A stretch of 64,000 nt of DNA from a virus: positions 12,497 to 76,496 of IMG/VR virus record IMGVR_UViG_3300013132_002633; one strand, given 5' to 3'. This document shows, piece after piece, positions 9,708 through 17,389 of this stretch (the stretch's first letter is position 1; each line of letters begins with the position of its first letter). A program made the position numbers and the translations under genes. The notes beneath the pieces are model-generated. The model had not been told where the DNA came from and did not search any database. It saw only the letters and a list, made by a program, of their open reading frames with translations.

Positions 9708-10193
9708 ACAGGAAAATCATTGGTATCTGCACATGTTGTTGCTGATACTCAAAGAAAAGGTGGAGTTGCAGTTGTCATTGATACTGAAAACGCAGCTGCT
9801 CCTGAGTTCTGGAAAAGTTTGGGTGTAGATCTATCTAAGTTACTGTATGTTCAATGTGAAACCGTTGAAGATATTTTTGCTCAGATGGAAAAGATGATCG
9901 CAATTGTTCGTAAGAGCAACAAAGATCGCATTCTTACAATCATTGTTGATTCTGTAGCAGCAGCATCAACTAAGGCAGAACTAGAAAGTGATCATGGTAA
10001 AGATGGTTATGCAACTGGTAAGAGTATTATTATCAGCAAGGCGATGCGTAAGATTACTACCATGATTGGTCGTCAAAAGGTTCTTACTGTGTTTACCAAT
10101 CAACTTCGTCAAAATATAAATGCTATGGCATTTGGTGATAAATATTGTGTTGATCCGTATACAACAAAAATAAAAATTAGATATAAAATTTAA
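9330..10193 (+). CDS. recA: RecA/UvsX piece 2: IntC-1, 146-aa middle extein, 15-aa IntN-2
   Basis: TGKS, IDTENA, Walker B IIVDSVAA, FTNQLR, then CVDPYTTKIKIRYKI*. Confidence 0.92.
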   Translation: MNRIVKEIKVGDVLSLLAEGKNIKVLTRNNEYVNITNYVDKGLLDTFKVTLDNGFTIKVSREHKFFTNVGWVEQRNLIKENHKIFCEDGEYRTIQDIEYIGKHKIVDITVDSDDHSYFGNGMLNHNTGKSLVSAHVVADTQRKGGVAVVIDTENAAAPEFWKSLGVDLSKLLYVQCETVEDIFAQMEKMIAIVRKSNKDRILTIIVDSVAAASTKAELESDHGKDGYATGKSIIISKAMRKITTMIGRQKVLTVFTNQLRQNINAMAFGDKYCVDPYTTKIKIRYKI

Positions 10194-10201
10194 TTTTTCC
10201 T

Positions 10202-10245
10202 CCTCCTACTATACACTTATACTTAAATAAGTCCTTAGTAGGAGG
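10202..10245 (+). promoter_or_regulatory. Hairpin sequestering the Shine-Dalgarno of the endonuclease gene
   Basis: CCTCCTACTA (10202-11) pairs with TAGTAGGAGG (10236-45); inner stem ACTTAT/ATAAGT; ATG at 10250. Confidence 0.8.
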
Positions 10246-10249
10246 TAAT

Positions 10250-11287
10250 ATGATTTTACTAGAATATTTAGATATAAATTTAACGTGGAAGAAAAATAAA
10301 CCAATTTTTAAATTTATAATTAAAACGGAAAAAAGAAAAACTAAAGAATTTCCTCTTAAATGTATTGTAAATAACAAAAGAATATCTAAAACAGGCAAAG
10401 AATATTATATACATTATTTGGGAGAAATTGGAGAAGAAGTATATAACGAGAGAAAAAAGTTATATAGCATGTACAGTCTTATACCATTTTATATTAAAAC
10501 GTATAATAAAGATGTTGAGAAATTGAACGAATATCTTAAAATATTGAAAAGTAATAATGTGAACGGCATTAAAAAATTTTATTTGTCCGAAAAGGGAGCT
10601 GAAGCTAGAAAAATACAATCGGAATGGGGAATTAAACATTCAATGGAAATCTCATCTAGAAATAGAAAATTATGGAAAGAAGATGAGTATGTTAACAAAG
10701 TCAAATCAAATCAAGATTATTCTTATGAAAATCATGGGAAGAAAATTTCCGATTTCTATAAAAATCAAAAAAATAAAGATTTCATAAAAAGTGTCATGAA
10801 CTCCCCGAAGAGAATCGAAAAAATATCGTTATCATCTAAAAAAATGTGGGAACATGCAAAATCATTTAATAAAGAGATGTATTATAGAATGATAAATTCG
10901 CAAAAACATAAAAATTTTGAATTAAATGGATATAAACTTAATAATATCGAATATTTGGTAGGTAGTATATTAAACAATTTTTCTATAAATTGGGAATACG
11001 AAAAAATTTTTCAGTTTAAAACAACTTGTTATTTGCCCGATTTTTATGTAAGATCTAAAAATCTAATCATAGAATGTTATGGTGATTATTGGCACGCCAA
11101 TCCTAAATATTTAAACGAAAACGATTTTACACATAAAAATAGATCTGTGAAAGATGTATGGGCATACGACTCTAGAAAAAAAGAAATTTTTGAAAACAAT
11201 GAATTTTCTTACTTATTTTTCTGGGAAAATGATATTCTAAATAACATAGATGGTATAAAAAAAACAATATATGAATACACAAGATAA
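10250..11287 (+). CDS. Free-standing Vsr/DUF559-like homing endonuclease
   Basis: C-terminal YLPDFY..LIIECYGDYWHANP...FWENDI; basic N-terminal region; lies between intein halves. Confidence 0.8.
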   Translation: MILLEYLDINLTWKKNKPIFKFIIKTEKRKTKEFPLKCIVNNKRISKTGKEYYIHYLGEIGEEVYNERKKLYSMYSLIPFYIKTYNKDVEKLNEYLKILKSNNVNGIKKFYLSEKGAEARKIQSEWGIKHSMEISSRNRKLWKEDEYVNKVKSNQDYSYENHGKKISDFYKNQKNKDFIKSVMNSPKRIEKISLSSKKMWEHAKSFNKEMYYRMINSQKHKNFELNGYKLNNIEYLVGSILNNFSINWEYEKIFQFKTTCYLPDFYVRSKNLIIECYGDYWHANPKYLNENDFTHKNRSVKDVWAYDSRKKEIFENNEFSYLFFWENDILNNIDGIKKTIYEYTR

Positions 11288-12113
11288 ATACATAGAAGAA
11301 GAATTAACAATTGCCGAGTTTGCGGAAAGATTTTTAGGAATGAATAATTATTCATCTGAAAACGTTGAAGAAATAGATATATCGGATATGGATATAGAAA
11401 TATATGGTCGAGATTTAAAGTCCTCACAGGATTGCTATAATAAAATTAATAAATTTATAATCAAAACTCCATCGGAATATCATTACAGTGATGGTATACT
11501 GAAAGGCACAGATTTACATCGAATTATTGAAGATGGAGTTGAAATTCACTTGAAAGATCACAACGATTTCAAAAGGGTTAATGAACCAATAAAAGTTGTA
11601 GATTTCGATATTGAAAATACACACAATTATTATGCCAATGGTCGATTAAATCATAATACCGTAAGCGGTGGCAAGGCTTTGGCTTATCACTGTAGTGTTC
11701 GTGTTCGTTTGAACAACACTGGTAAGTTGAAAAAGGCAGAAGAAGTTATTGGCAACGAGTGTAAAGCAGTTGTTATCAAAAACAGAATGGGTCCGCCACA
11801 ACGTCAAGCTAACTTTGAAATCTACTTTGACAGCGGTATTGCTGACTATAGTAGTTGGATCAAAGTATTGAAGGAGAATAACATTATCAAACAAGGTGGT
11901 GCGTATTACTCTTACAGAAAAGAAGACGGTAGTGAATGGAAGTTCCAATCCAAAGACTTTGTATCTACCATGCAATCTGACAAGGTTTTAAAAGAAGAAT
12001 TATATCTTAAGATCTGTGATGCGGTTGTTATGAAATACAAAGATCCTAACAGTCAAATCGTTGAGGATGCTACTGTTGATACTGATGAAGAAACTGCTGG
12101 AAACGACGAATAA
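11271..12113 (+). CDS. recA: RecA/UvsX piece 3: IntC-2 plus 151-aa C-extein
   Basis: GGKALAYHCSVRVRL, VIKNRMGPP, IYFDSGI, GAYYSY. Confidence 0.92.
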   Translation: MNTQDKYIEEELTIAEFAERFLGMNNYSSENVEEIDISDMDIEIYGRDLKSSQDCYNKINKFIIKTPSEYHYSDGILKGTDLHRIIEDGVEIHLKDHNDFKRVNEPIKVVDFDIENTHNYYANGRLNHNTVSGGKALAYHCSVRVRLNNTGKLKKAEEVIGNECKAVVIKNRMGPPQRQANFEIYFDSGIADYSSWIKVLKENNIIKQGGAYYSYRKEDGSEWKFQSKDFVSTMQSDKVLKEELYLKICDAVVMKYKDPNSQIVEDATVDTDEETAGNDE

Positions 12114-13186
12114 TGAATGAGTTAACACCAATCGAACGAAAGAAATTGTTCTCAATGTTCGAGAATATAGAAAGAGATTCCGTCATAACAGGACTTAAAA
12201 AATCGCTAAATAGTGATGTTCTGTTGGTTGACGGATTGTAGTTAAATACCTATATTCGTAGTTTCATGGCGATACCATCTTTAAATGACGATGGACTTCA
12301 CACGGGTGGTATCGCCGGTTTTCTTAAAAGTGTAGGATACGCAATAAAATTATTGAGTCCTACCAGAGTTATAATTGTATTTGACGGAAAAGGTGGGTCT
12401 CAAAAAAGAAGAAAGATTTATCCAGACTACAAAAATGGACGTAGAACTGATATTAAATTAAACAGATCATATGATGATCTATCAAATTCGGTTATTGAAA
12501 AAGCCAATTTCAAAAAAGAATTGATACGTACTGTAAATTACCTCGACGTGTTGCCTGTTACTGTAATGGCTATTGATAATATCGAAGCAGATGATACGAT
12601 TGCATATCTAGCTAAACAAACATTCAAAGACAGTAAGGTTACAATTATGTCTACGGACAAAGATTTTTTACAGTTAGCGAGTGATCAAATAAATATTTGG
12701 AGTCCTGTAAAGAAAAAAATATTTGGTTGTAAAGAAATTATTGATGAATATGGAATAACATGTAAAAACTTCATATTTTACAGAATAATGGAAGGAGACG
12801 TAAGCGATAATATTACAGGTTTGGATGGCGTGGGATTAAAACGTGTTACACAAGCATTTCCTTTTTTGGGTGAAGATCCACAGGCGTGTTTACAACAAAT
12901 ATATAATTATAGTGAAAATAATCGTAGCAGATATAAGATTTACGAGCGAGTATTAGACAATAAATTATTATTGGAACGTAATTATGAACTCATGCAATTA
13001 CATAATACACAAATTCAATCCTTTACTCAATTGAGAATTGAAGAGATTATAAATAAACCAGTTCCAAAAATTGATAAAATGAGTTTTAGTAAACTGATTA
13101 CAGAAGATAAAATGTGGTCAAATATACCTAATTACATGTACTGGTTAAATGAGTGTTTTGGAAAATTAAATTCATTTGTTGAATAA
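12113..13186 (+). CDS. 5'-3' exonuclease/RNase H (FEN/PolI-N family) with an in-frame TAG at 12239-12241 (recoded or pseudogene)
   Basis: ATG 12113 overlaps the recA stop and is in frame with the 12266 ORF: VLLVDGL*LNTYIRSF; downstream VFDGKGGS, EADD, STDKDFLQ and GDVSDNITG are intact. Confidence 0.85.
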
Positions 13187-13229
13187 TCAACAACTTCACA
13201 TAAAACTATAAGTTACAAATTGTAAAATG

Positions 13230-13258
13230 TTTACAACACACGTTGTATAGATTAGAAT
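13230..13258 (+). promoter_or_regulatory. sigma70-type promoter for the helicase, overlapped by an inverted repeat
   Basis: TTTACA-17-TAGAAT; TACAAC-acac-GTTGTA at 13232-13247. Confidence 0.5.
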
Positions 13259-13297
13259 GCATAGACTATAGACTGAGTAGATAAAATAATATAAAAT

Positions 13298-14116
13298 ATG
13301 ACTGAAAAAATTATAATAGATTCACTTCGTAAGTATGGATTGGACTTTCAAATAAAGTGCATAACGTGTCTGTTATCAGATCGTAGCTTTATGGAGAGAA
13401 TTCAAGATATTGTTGAGGCTGAATTTTTTGAAAGTGATGCACAAAAATGGATTCTTAAAGAAAGTGTAAAATATTTTAATGAATATAAAGATCTTCCAAC
13501 ACTAACTGTATTCAAGGTTAAAGTAGATACTGTTGAAAACGAGGTTCTTAAAAAATCTATTATAGATAGCCTAAAATTGGTTTATCAAAAGTTAAATGAT
13601 AACGATTTGAAATTTGTTAAAGAACAATTTTTGGAATTTTGTAAGAACCAAAAATTAAAGAATGCTATATTTGAAAGTGCTGATTTATTGGAAACAGGTC
13701 AATATGACAAAATAAAGATGGTGGTTGATACCGCCATGAAAGCTGGTATGGAAAGAAATATTGGTCATGAATACGATGTAGAAATCGAAAAGCGTATGAG
13801 TATCATGGCTCGTAACACAATAAAAACCAACTGGACTGAAATCGATACTATCATGGACGGTGGTCTTGGGCCAGGTGAACTTGGAATTGTTGTTGCGCCA
13901 GCAGGAATTGGCAAATGTATTGGTCCAAATACCGAAATTGAGATCGAATATCACGAATTTGGTATTGAAACATTATCAAGTTGCGGAAAATCATTTATAA
14001 TGTGGATTAATCCGTTTGAAAAATATAAAATAGACGATGTTGAATTACTAGGTTGGCAAGTTGAAAATGTTTTTTATGAAATTGAAAAAATAAAACAAGA
14101 AAAAACTAAAAATTAA
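13298..14116 (+). CDS. dnaB: DnaB/gp41 helicase piece 1: 206-aa N-extein plus 66-aa N-intein segment
   Basis: DGGLGPGELGIVVAPAGIGK, then CIGPNTEIEIEY... Confidence 0.9.
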   Translation: MTEKIIIDSLRKYGLDFQIKCITCLLSDRSFMERIQDIVEAEFFESDAQKWILKESVKYFNEYKDLPTLTVFKVKVDTVENEVLKKSIIDSLKLVYQKLNDNDLKFVKEQFLEFCKNQKLKNAIFESADLLETGQYDKIKMVVDTAMKAGMERNIGHEYDVEIEKRMSIMARNTIKTNWTEIDTIMDGGLGPGELGIVVAPAGIGKCIGPNTEIEIEYHEFGIETLSSCGKSFIMWINPFEKYKIDDVELLGWQVENVFYEIEKIKQEKTKN

Positions 14117-14118
14117 CG

Positions 14119-14146
14119 TTGACCGGCATCGGTAAGTATTTATAAT
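14119..14146 (+). promoter_or_regulatory. Internal sigma70-type promoter ahead of the endonuclease and helicase piece 2
   Basis: TTGACC-16-TATAAT, overlapping TATTTATA 14137-44. Confidence 0.55.
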
Positions 14147-14185
14147 AAATTTCATTTTTATGACATATGAGATCTATTTATTGAC

Positions 14186-14911
14186 ATGAGTATTAAAAAA
14201 GAATTTTCAATATATCGATACCAATACTGGATGCAGAAATATGGTTTGACCGAAACCGACGCTAAAAATAAAGTCACATCAATTCAAAGAGAAAATGCGT
14301 TAAAATCATCAAAGAAGTTCACGCCAGATCGATCTTATTTAAAAAAAGAATATTGGATTAAAAAGAAAGGATATACTGAGTCAGATGCTGTCAAAAAAAT
14401 ATCTGAGATTCAATCGGAGTATTCAAAAAAATCCAGTAGATTCACAGGCAAAATTAGAACAATTGAGAGCAAAATTAAAATTTCAAACTCATTAAAATCT
14501 AAAATTGCCAAGATAGGCGGTGGCAATTGGGCAAAGCATTTTGGTCAATTTAATGGCAACTCTAAAATTGAAAAAGAATTTTATTTTTATATAAAAAATA
14601 ATATAAACACAAACGTTCAGGCAAATGTTCCTATATCAAATTATATAGTTGATGTTTTACATGAAACAAAAATAGTAGAATTTTATGGCGATTTTTGGCA
14701 CGCAAATCCTAAATTTTATGAATGTGATGACCTTATAAAATCGTTTAGTATCAATAAAACTGCAAATGAAATATGGATCAGTGATAATCGTAGAATTGAC
14801 ATATTACAAAAAATGGGGTATGATGTATTGATAATCTGGGAAAATGATTGGAAAAAAAACAAACAAGAGTGTATAGAAAAAATAAAAAAACATTATGAAA
14901 TTATTAATTAA
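14186..14911 (+). CDS. Free-standing Vsr/DUF559-like homing endonuclease
   Basis: IVEFYGDFWHANP...GYDVLIIWENDW; two N-terminal repeats YW..K.G.TE.DA..K...IQ. Confidence 0.82.
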   Translation: MSIKKEFSIYRYQYWMQKYGLTETDAKNKVTSIQRENALKSSKKFTPDRSYLKKEYWIKKKGYTESDAVKKISEIQSEYSKKSSRFTGKIRTIESKIKISNSLKSKIAKIGGGNWAKHFGQFNGNSKIEKEFYFYIKNNINTNVQANVPISNYIVDVLHETKIVEFYGDFWHANPKFYECDDLIKSFSINKTANEIWISDNRRIDILQKMGYDVLIIWENDWKKNKQECIEKIKKHYEIIN

Positions 14912-16007
14912 AAATGTCCGTGAAAATATTAAAATAAAAGATTTATTTGATAGATTAAAAATTAAAGATGAAGAAAATGCGATGGAACAGTTAAAATTTC
15001 CATTAAAAGTAAATACACCATTTGGTTATAAAAAAATTGTGACAGCGTTTCGTACTGAAAAACAAAAAACAATAACTTCTTATTTTGGTAACAATAAAAC
15101 ATTAAAGACTTCTGGAAAACATAGATTAAAAGTAAACGGGAGTTGGAAATTCGTAGATGAAATAAACTCTGGAGAGCTAGTAGAAACTGAAGTTGGTACC
15201 ACAAAATTAGTATCAAAAAAAGAAGGTCGAGACGAGATATTATATGATATATCGGTTGATGAAGTGCATTGTTATTATAGCAATGGCATTCTTTCCCATA
15301 ATTCATGGGTACTTGCCAAGTTGGGAGCTGAAGCAATGAAACAAGGTAAAAATGTTCTTCACTTCACACTAGAATTAAATGAAAACTATGTTGGATTACG
15401 ATATGATAGTTGTTTTACTGGAATTGATTTCCAAAATATCAGAAACAACATTGACATTGTAAAACAAAAGATTTCAGAAGTGCCTGGTAAACTTGTTATC
15501 AAGTATTTTCCATTGAAGACGGTATCAGCTCATAGCTTAAAATCTCATACTGAAAGATTGGCTGTATTGGGTACAAAAATTGACATGATCGTTGTAGATT
15601 ATGCAGATATTCTTCGTCCAGTACACAGTGATCGTAATAGCAACAGTTATAGTGAGGCTGGTGGTATTTACGAAGAGCTAAGAAGTATCGCGGGTGAACT
15701 TCAAATTCCAATTTGGAGTGCAAGTCAAGCGAATAGGTGTCATTTGGTTGATGATCAAGTACTTACAAATCGAGGAACGATTAGACTAGGAGATTTGACT
15801 ATTAACGATTTGGTTTTGACTCACAAAGGACTTAAAAAAGTAACAAAAATTTTTCCAACCGAAACGCAGCCTGTTTATAAAATTAAATTAAGATCTGGTA
15901 AAGAGATTAATATATCTGCAAATCATAGAGTTCCAACCGCCGACGGCAGATTAAAATCATTAGAAACTGGGTTGTCTGTAGGCGACAAGTTATTTACAAA
16001 AAAATAA
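14895..16007 (+). CDS. dnaB: DnaB helicase piece 2: IntC-1, 145-aa middle extein, 89-aa IntN-2
   Basis: HFTLEL, Walker B IVVDYADIL, IPIWSASQANR, then CHLVDDQV...ISANHRVPT. Confidence 0.92.
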   Translation: MKLLIKNVRENIKIKDLFDRLKIKDEENAMEQLKFPLKVNTPFGYKKIVTAFRTEKQKTITSYFGNNKTLKTSGKHRLKVNGSWKFVDEINSGELVETEVGTTKLVSKKEGRDEILYDISVDEVHCYYSNGILSHNSWVLAKLGAEAMKQGKNVLHFTLELNENYVGLRYDSCFTGIDFQNIRNNIDIVKQKISEVPGKLVIKYFPLKTVSAHSLKSHTERLAVLGTKIDMIVVDYADILRPVHSDRNSNSYSEAGGIYEELRSIAGELQIPIWSASQANRCHLVDDQVLTNRGTIRLGDLTINDLVLTHKGLKKVTKIFPTETQPVYKIKLRSGKEINISANHRVPTADGRLKSLETGLSVGDKLFTKK

Positions 16008-17389
16008 TATTTTGTGATGCAGACCATATATTTAATATTATATGATTAACACTAAATTTAGAGATATTGTTCATTTAATGAACCAGAAGCCGTTCCGTGA
16101 TTTTAAAAATGATTTAAGCGAATGCGTAATCAGTAACTTAAAAAAGGTCATATTAGAGTTTGATAAAAAATATATCTTGAATAACAAGAAAGAAGTCATA
16201 CAGAACATGATTAGATATAATGTTGATGGTGATTGGGTAGAGAGATTAAAAAATGGTGATAAATATAAAAAAGACGGATTTTCCATGGAAGCATTGATTG
16301 TGAAATATGGCGAATCTGTTGCAAAGTTAATATCAGATGAAAGAAACGATAAAGTTGCGATTACCAAGGATAAATATATACGAAACCATAGTGAACATGA
16401 ATGGGAAGAATTATGTAAAAAAAAGAGAAGTAATTTAGGACTTGATGGTTATATTAAAAAATATGGACATGAAGAAGGTTTAAAAAAATGGAACAATTAC
16501 TTAAAAAAATGGAAAATTGGCATTGAAAAGAAAAAAGCTGATGGTTGGAAAAATGGTTTAACGATTGAGGAATATCAAACTAGATATGGAATAAAAGAAG
16601 GATATGAACGTTGGAGAAAAAGAATAAATAGTAGAAAATATACTCTTTCTTTAGAAGGATATATTAATAAACACGGTGGTGAGTTGGGAAAAAAGTTGTG
16701 GGGTGAATATTGTAAATCAAATAATAAAACGTCGTTGGAGTCTTTTATCAAAAGATACGGTGAGAAGTTTGGAAAAGAAAAGTACGTTTTGATGCTAGAA
16801 AAGATCTTTTGTTATTTAAAAAACCGAAGGTGTTATAGCATAATTTCCCAAGAATTATTTAAAAATGTAGCAGATAAATTGGAAAATAAAAATGATATAA
16901 AATATGCAATACAAAATGGAGAGCAATATTTTTTTATTAATGAAAATTTTTGTAAAGGTATGTTTGTCGATTTTAAATATGGAAACATAATTATAGAATT
17001 TTATGGAGATTTTTGGCATGCTAATCCATCTAAATACAAAGAAAACGATATAGTAAAACTTCCTAATAACAATAAATTGGCTAATAAAGTTTGGAGTGAA
17101 GATAAAGAAAAAATTGATTGGTTGGTAAAACGAGGATACAATGTAATGATTGTATGGGAAAGTGATTATTTGAAAAATAAAAATGAAGTGGTACAGAGTT
17201 GTTTAAATTTCATAAAACAGAACTATAAATAATATGACAGAAAAAATTACAAAAGAACACGATTTAAATCCTAATGAGTTTGAGTTAGATGAAATAGTCA
17301 ACATAGAGTGTATAGGTGATCATGAAACGGTTGACATTACTGTGGATGACACGCATATGTTTTTTGCAAATGGTGTATATACACACAAT
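15738..17389 (+). mobile_element. Conventionally split intein DnaB-2 (IntN 15738-16004, 89 aa; IntC 17234-17389, 52 aa), gp41-8-like, with an intervening endonuclease gene
   Basis: Block B SANH lies in IntN; IntC ETVDITVDDTHMFFANGVYTHN followed by Ser; junction SQANR|SAADE resembles the gp41-8 site as I recall it. Confidence 0.9.
16042..17232 (+). CDS. Free-standing Vsr/DUF559-like homing endonuclease with tandem helical repeats
   Basis: IIEFYGDFWHANP...GYNVMIVWESDY; 4-6 repeats of L-E-x-Y-I-x-K-Y-G-x-x-x-G-x-x-x-W. Confidence 0.82.
   Translation: MINTKFRDIVHLMNQKPFRDFKNDLSECVISNLKKVILEFDKKYILNNKKEVIQNMIRYNVDGDWVERLKNGDKYKKDGFSMEALIVKYGESVAKLISDERNDKVAITKDKYIRNHSEHEWEELCKKKRSNLGLDGYIKKYGHEEGLKKWNNYLKKWKIGIEKKKADGWKNGLTIEEYQTRYGIKEGYERWRKRINSRKYTLSLEGYINKHGGELGKKLWGEYCKSNNKTSLESFIKRYGEKFGKEKYVLMLEKIFCYLKNRRCYSIISQELFKNVADKLENKNDIKYAIQNGEQYFFINENFCKGMFVDFKYGNIIIEFYGDFWHANPSKYKENDIVKLPNNNKLANKVWSEDKEKIDWLVKRGYNVMIVWESDYLKNKNEVVQSCLNFIKQNYK

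Larger units (their letters stand above)
10146..11657 (+). mobile_element. Atypically split intein RecA-2 (IntN 10146-10190, 15 aa; IntC 11271-11657, 129 aa) with an intervening endonuclease gene
   Basis: Cys1; block B KGTDLHRI, block F VVDFDIENTHNYYANG, HN followed by Thr; splicing restores loop L2 FGDKY|TVSGGKAL. Confidence 0.88.
13916..15302 (+). mobile_element. Atypically split intein DnaB-1 (IntN 13916-14113; IntC 14895-15302, 136 aa) with an intervening endonuclease gene
   Basis: Cys1; IntC has block B KTSGKHRL, block F LYDISVDEVHCYYSNG and HN followed by Ser; splicing restores Walker A AGIGK|S. Confidence 0.87.

Noticed and set aside
10194-11270. Group I introns as the explanation for the recA/dnaB interruptions
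   Set aside because: The non-coding spacers are only about 35-80 nt, too short for a ribozyme core, and complete intein motifs flank every break.
11271-11287. Identical 17-nt overlaps of endonuclease genes with IntC starts as a special signal
   Set aside because: The same overlap occurs at an ordinary junction (57024-57040) and follows from TATGAA.
12239-12241. Genome-wide TAG reassignment (alternative genetic code)
   Set aside because: All other long genes are open in the standard code, TAG appears to end the 25530-26714 gene, and a sense reading would insert two residues into the DG-x-N motif.
13976-13996. SCGKS in the DnaB IntN tail as a duplicated Walker A
   Set aside because: No preceding hydrophobic strand or GxxGxGK spacing, and no extended nucleotide repeat with the real P-loop.
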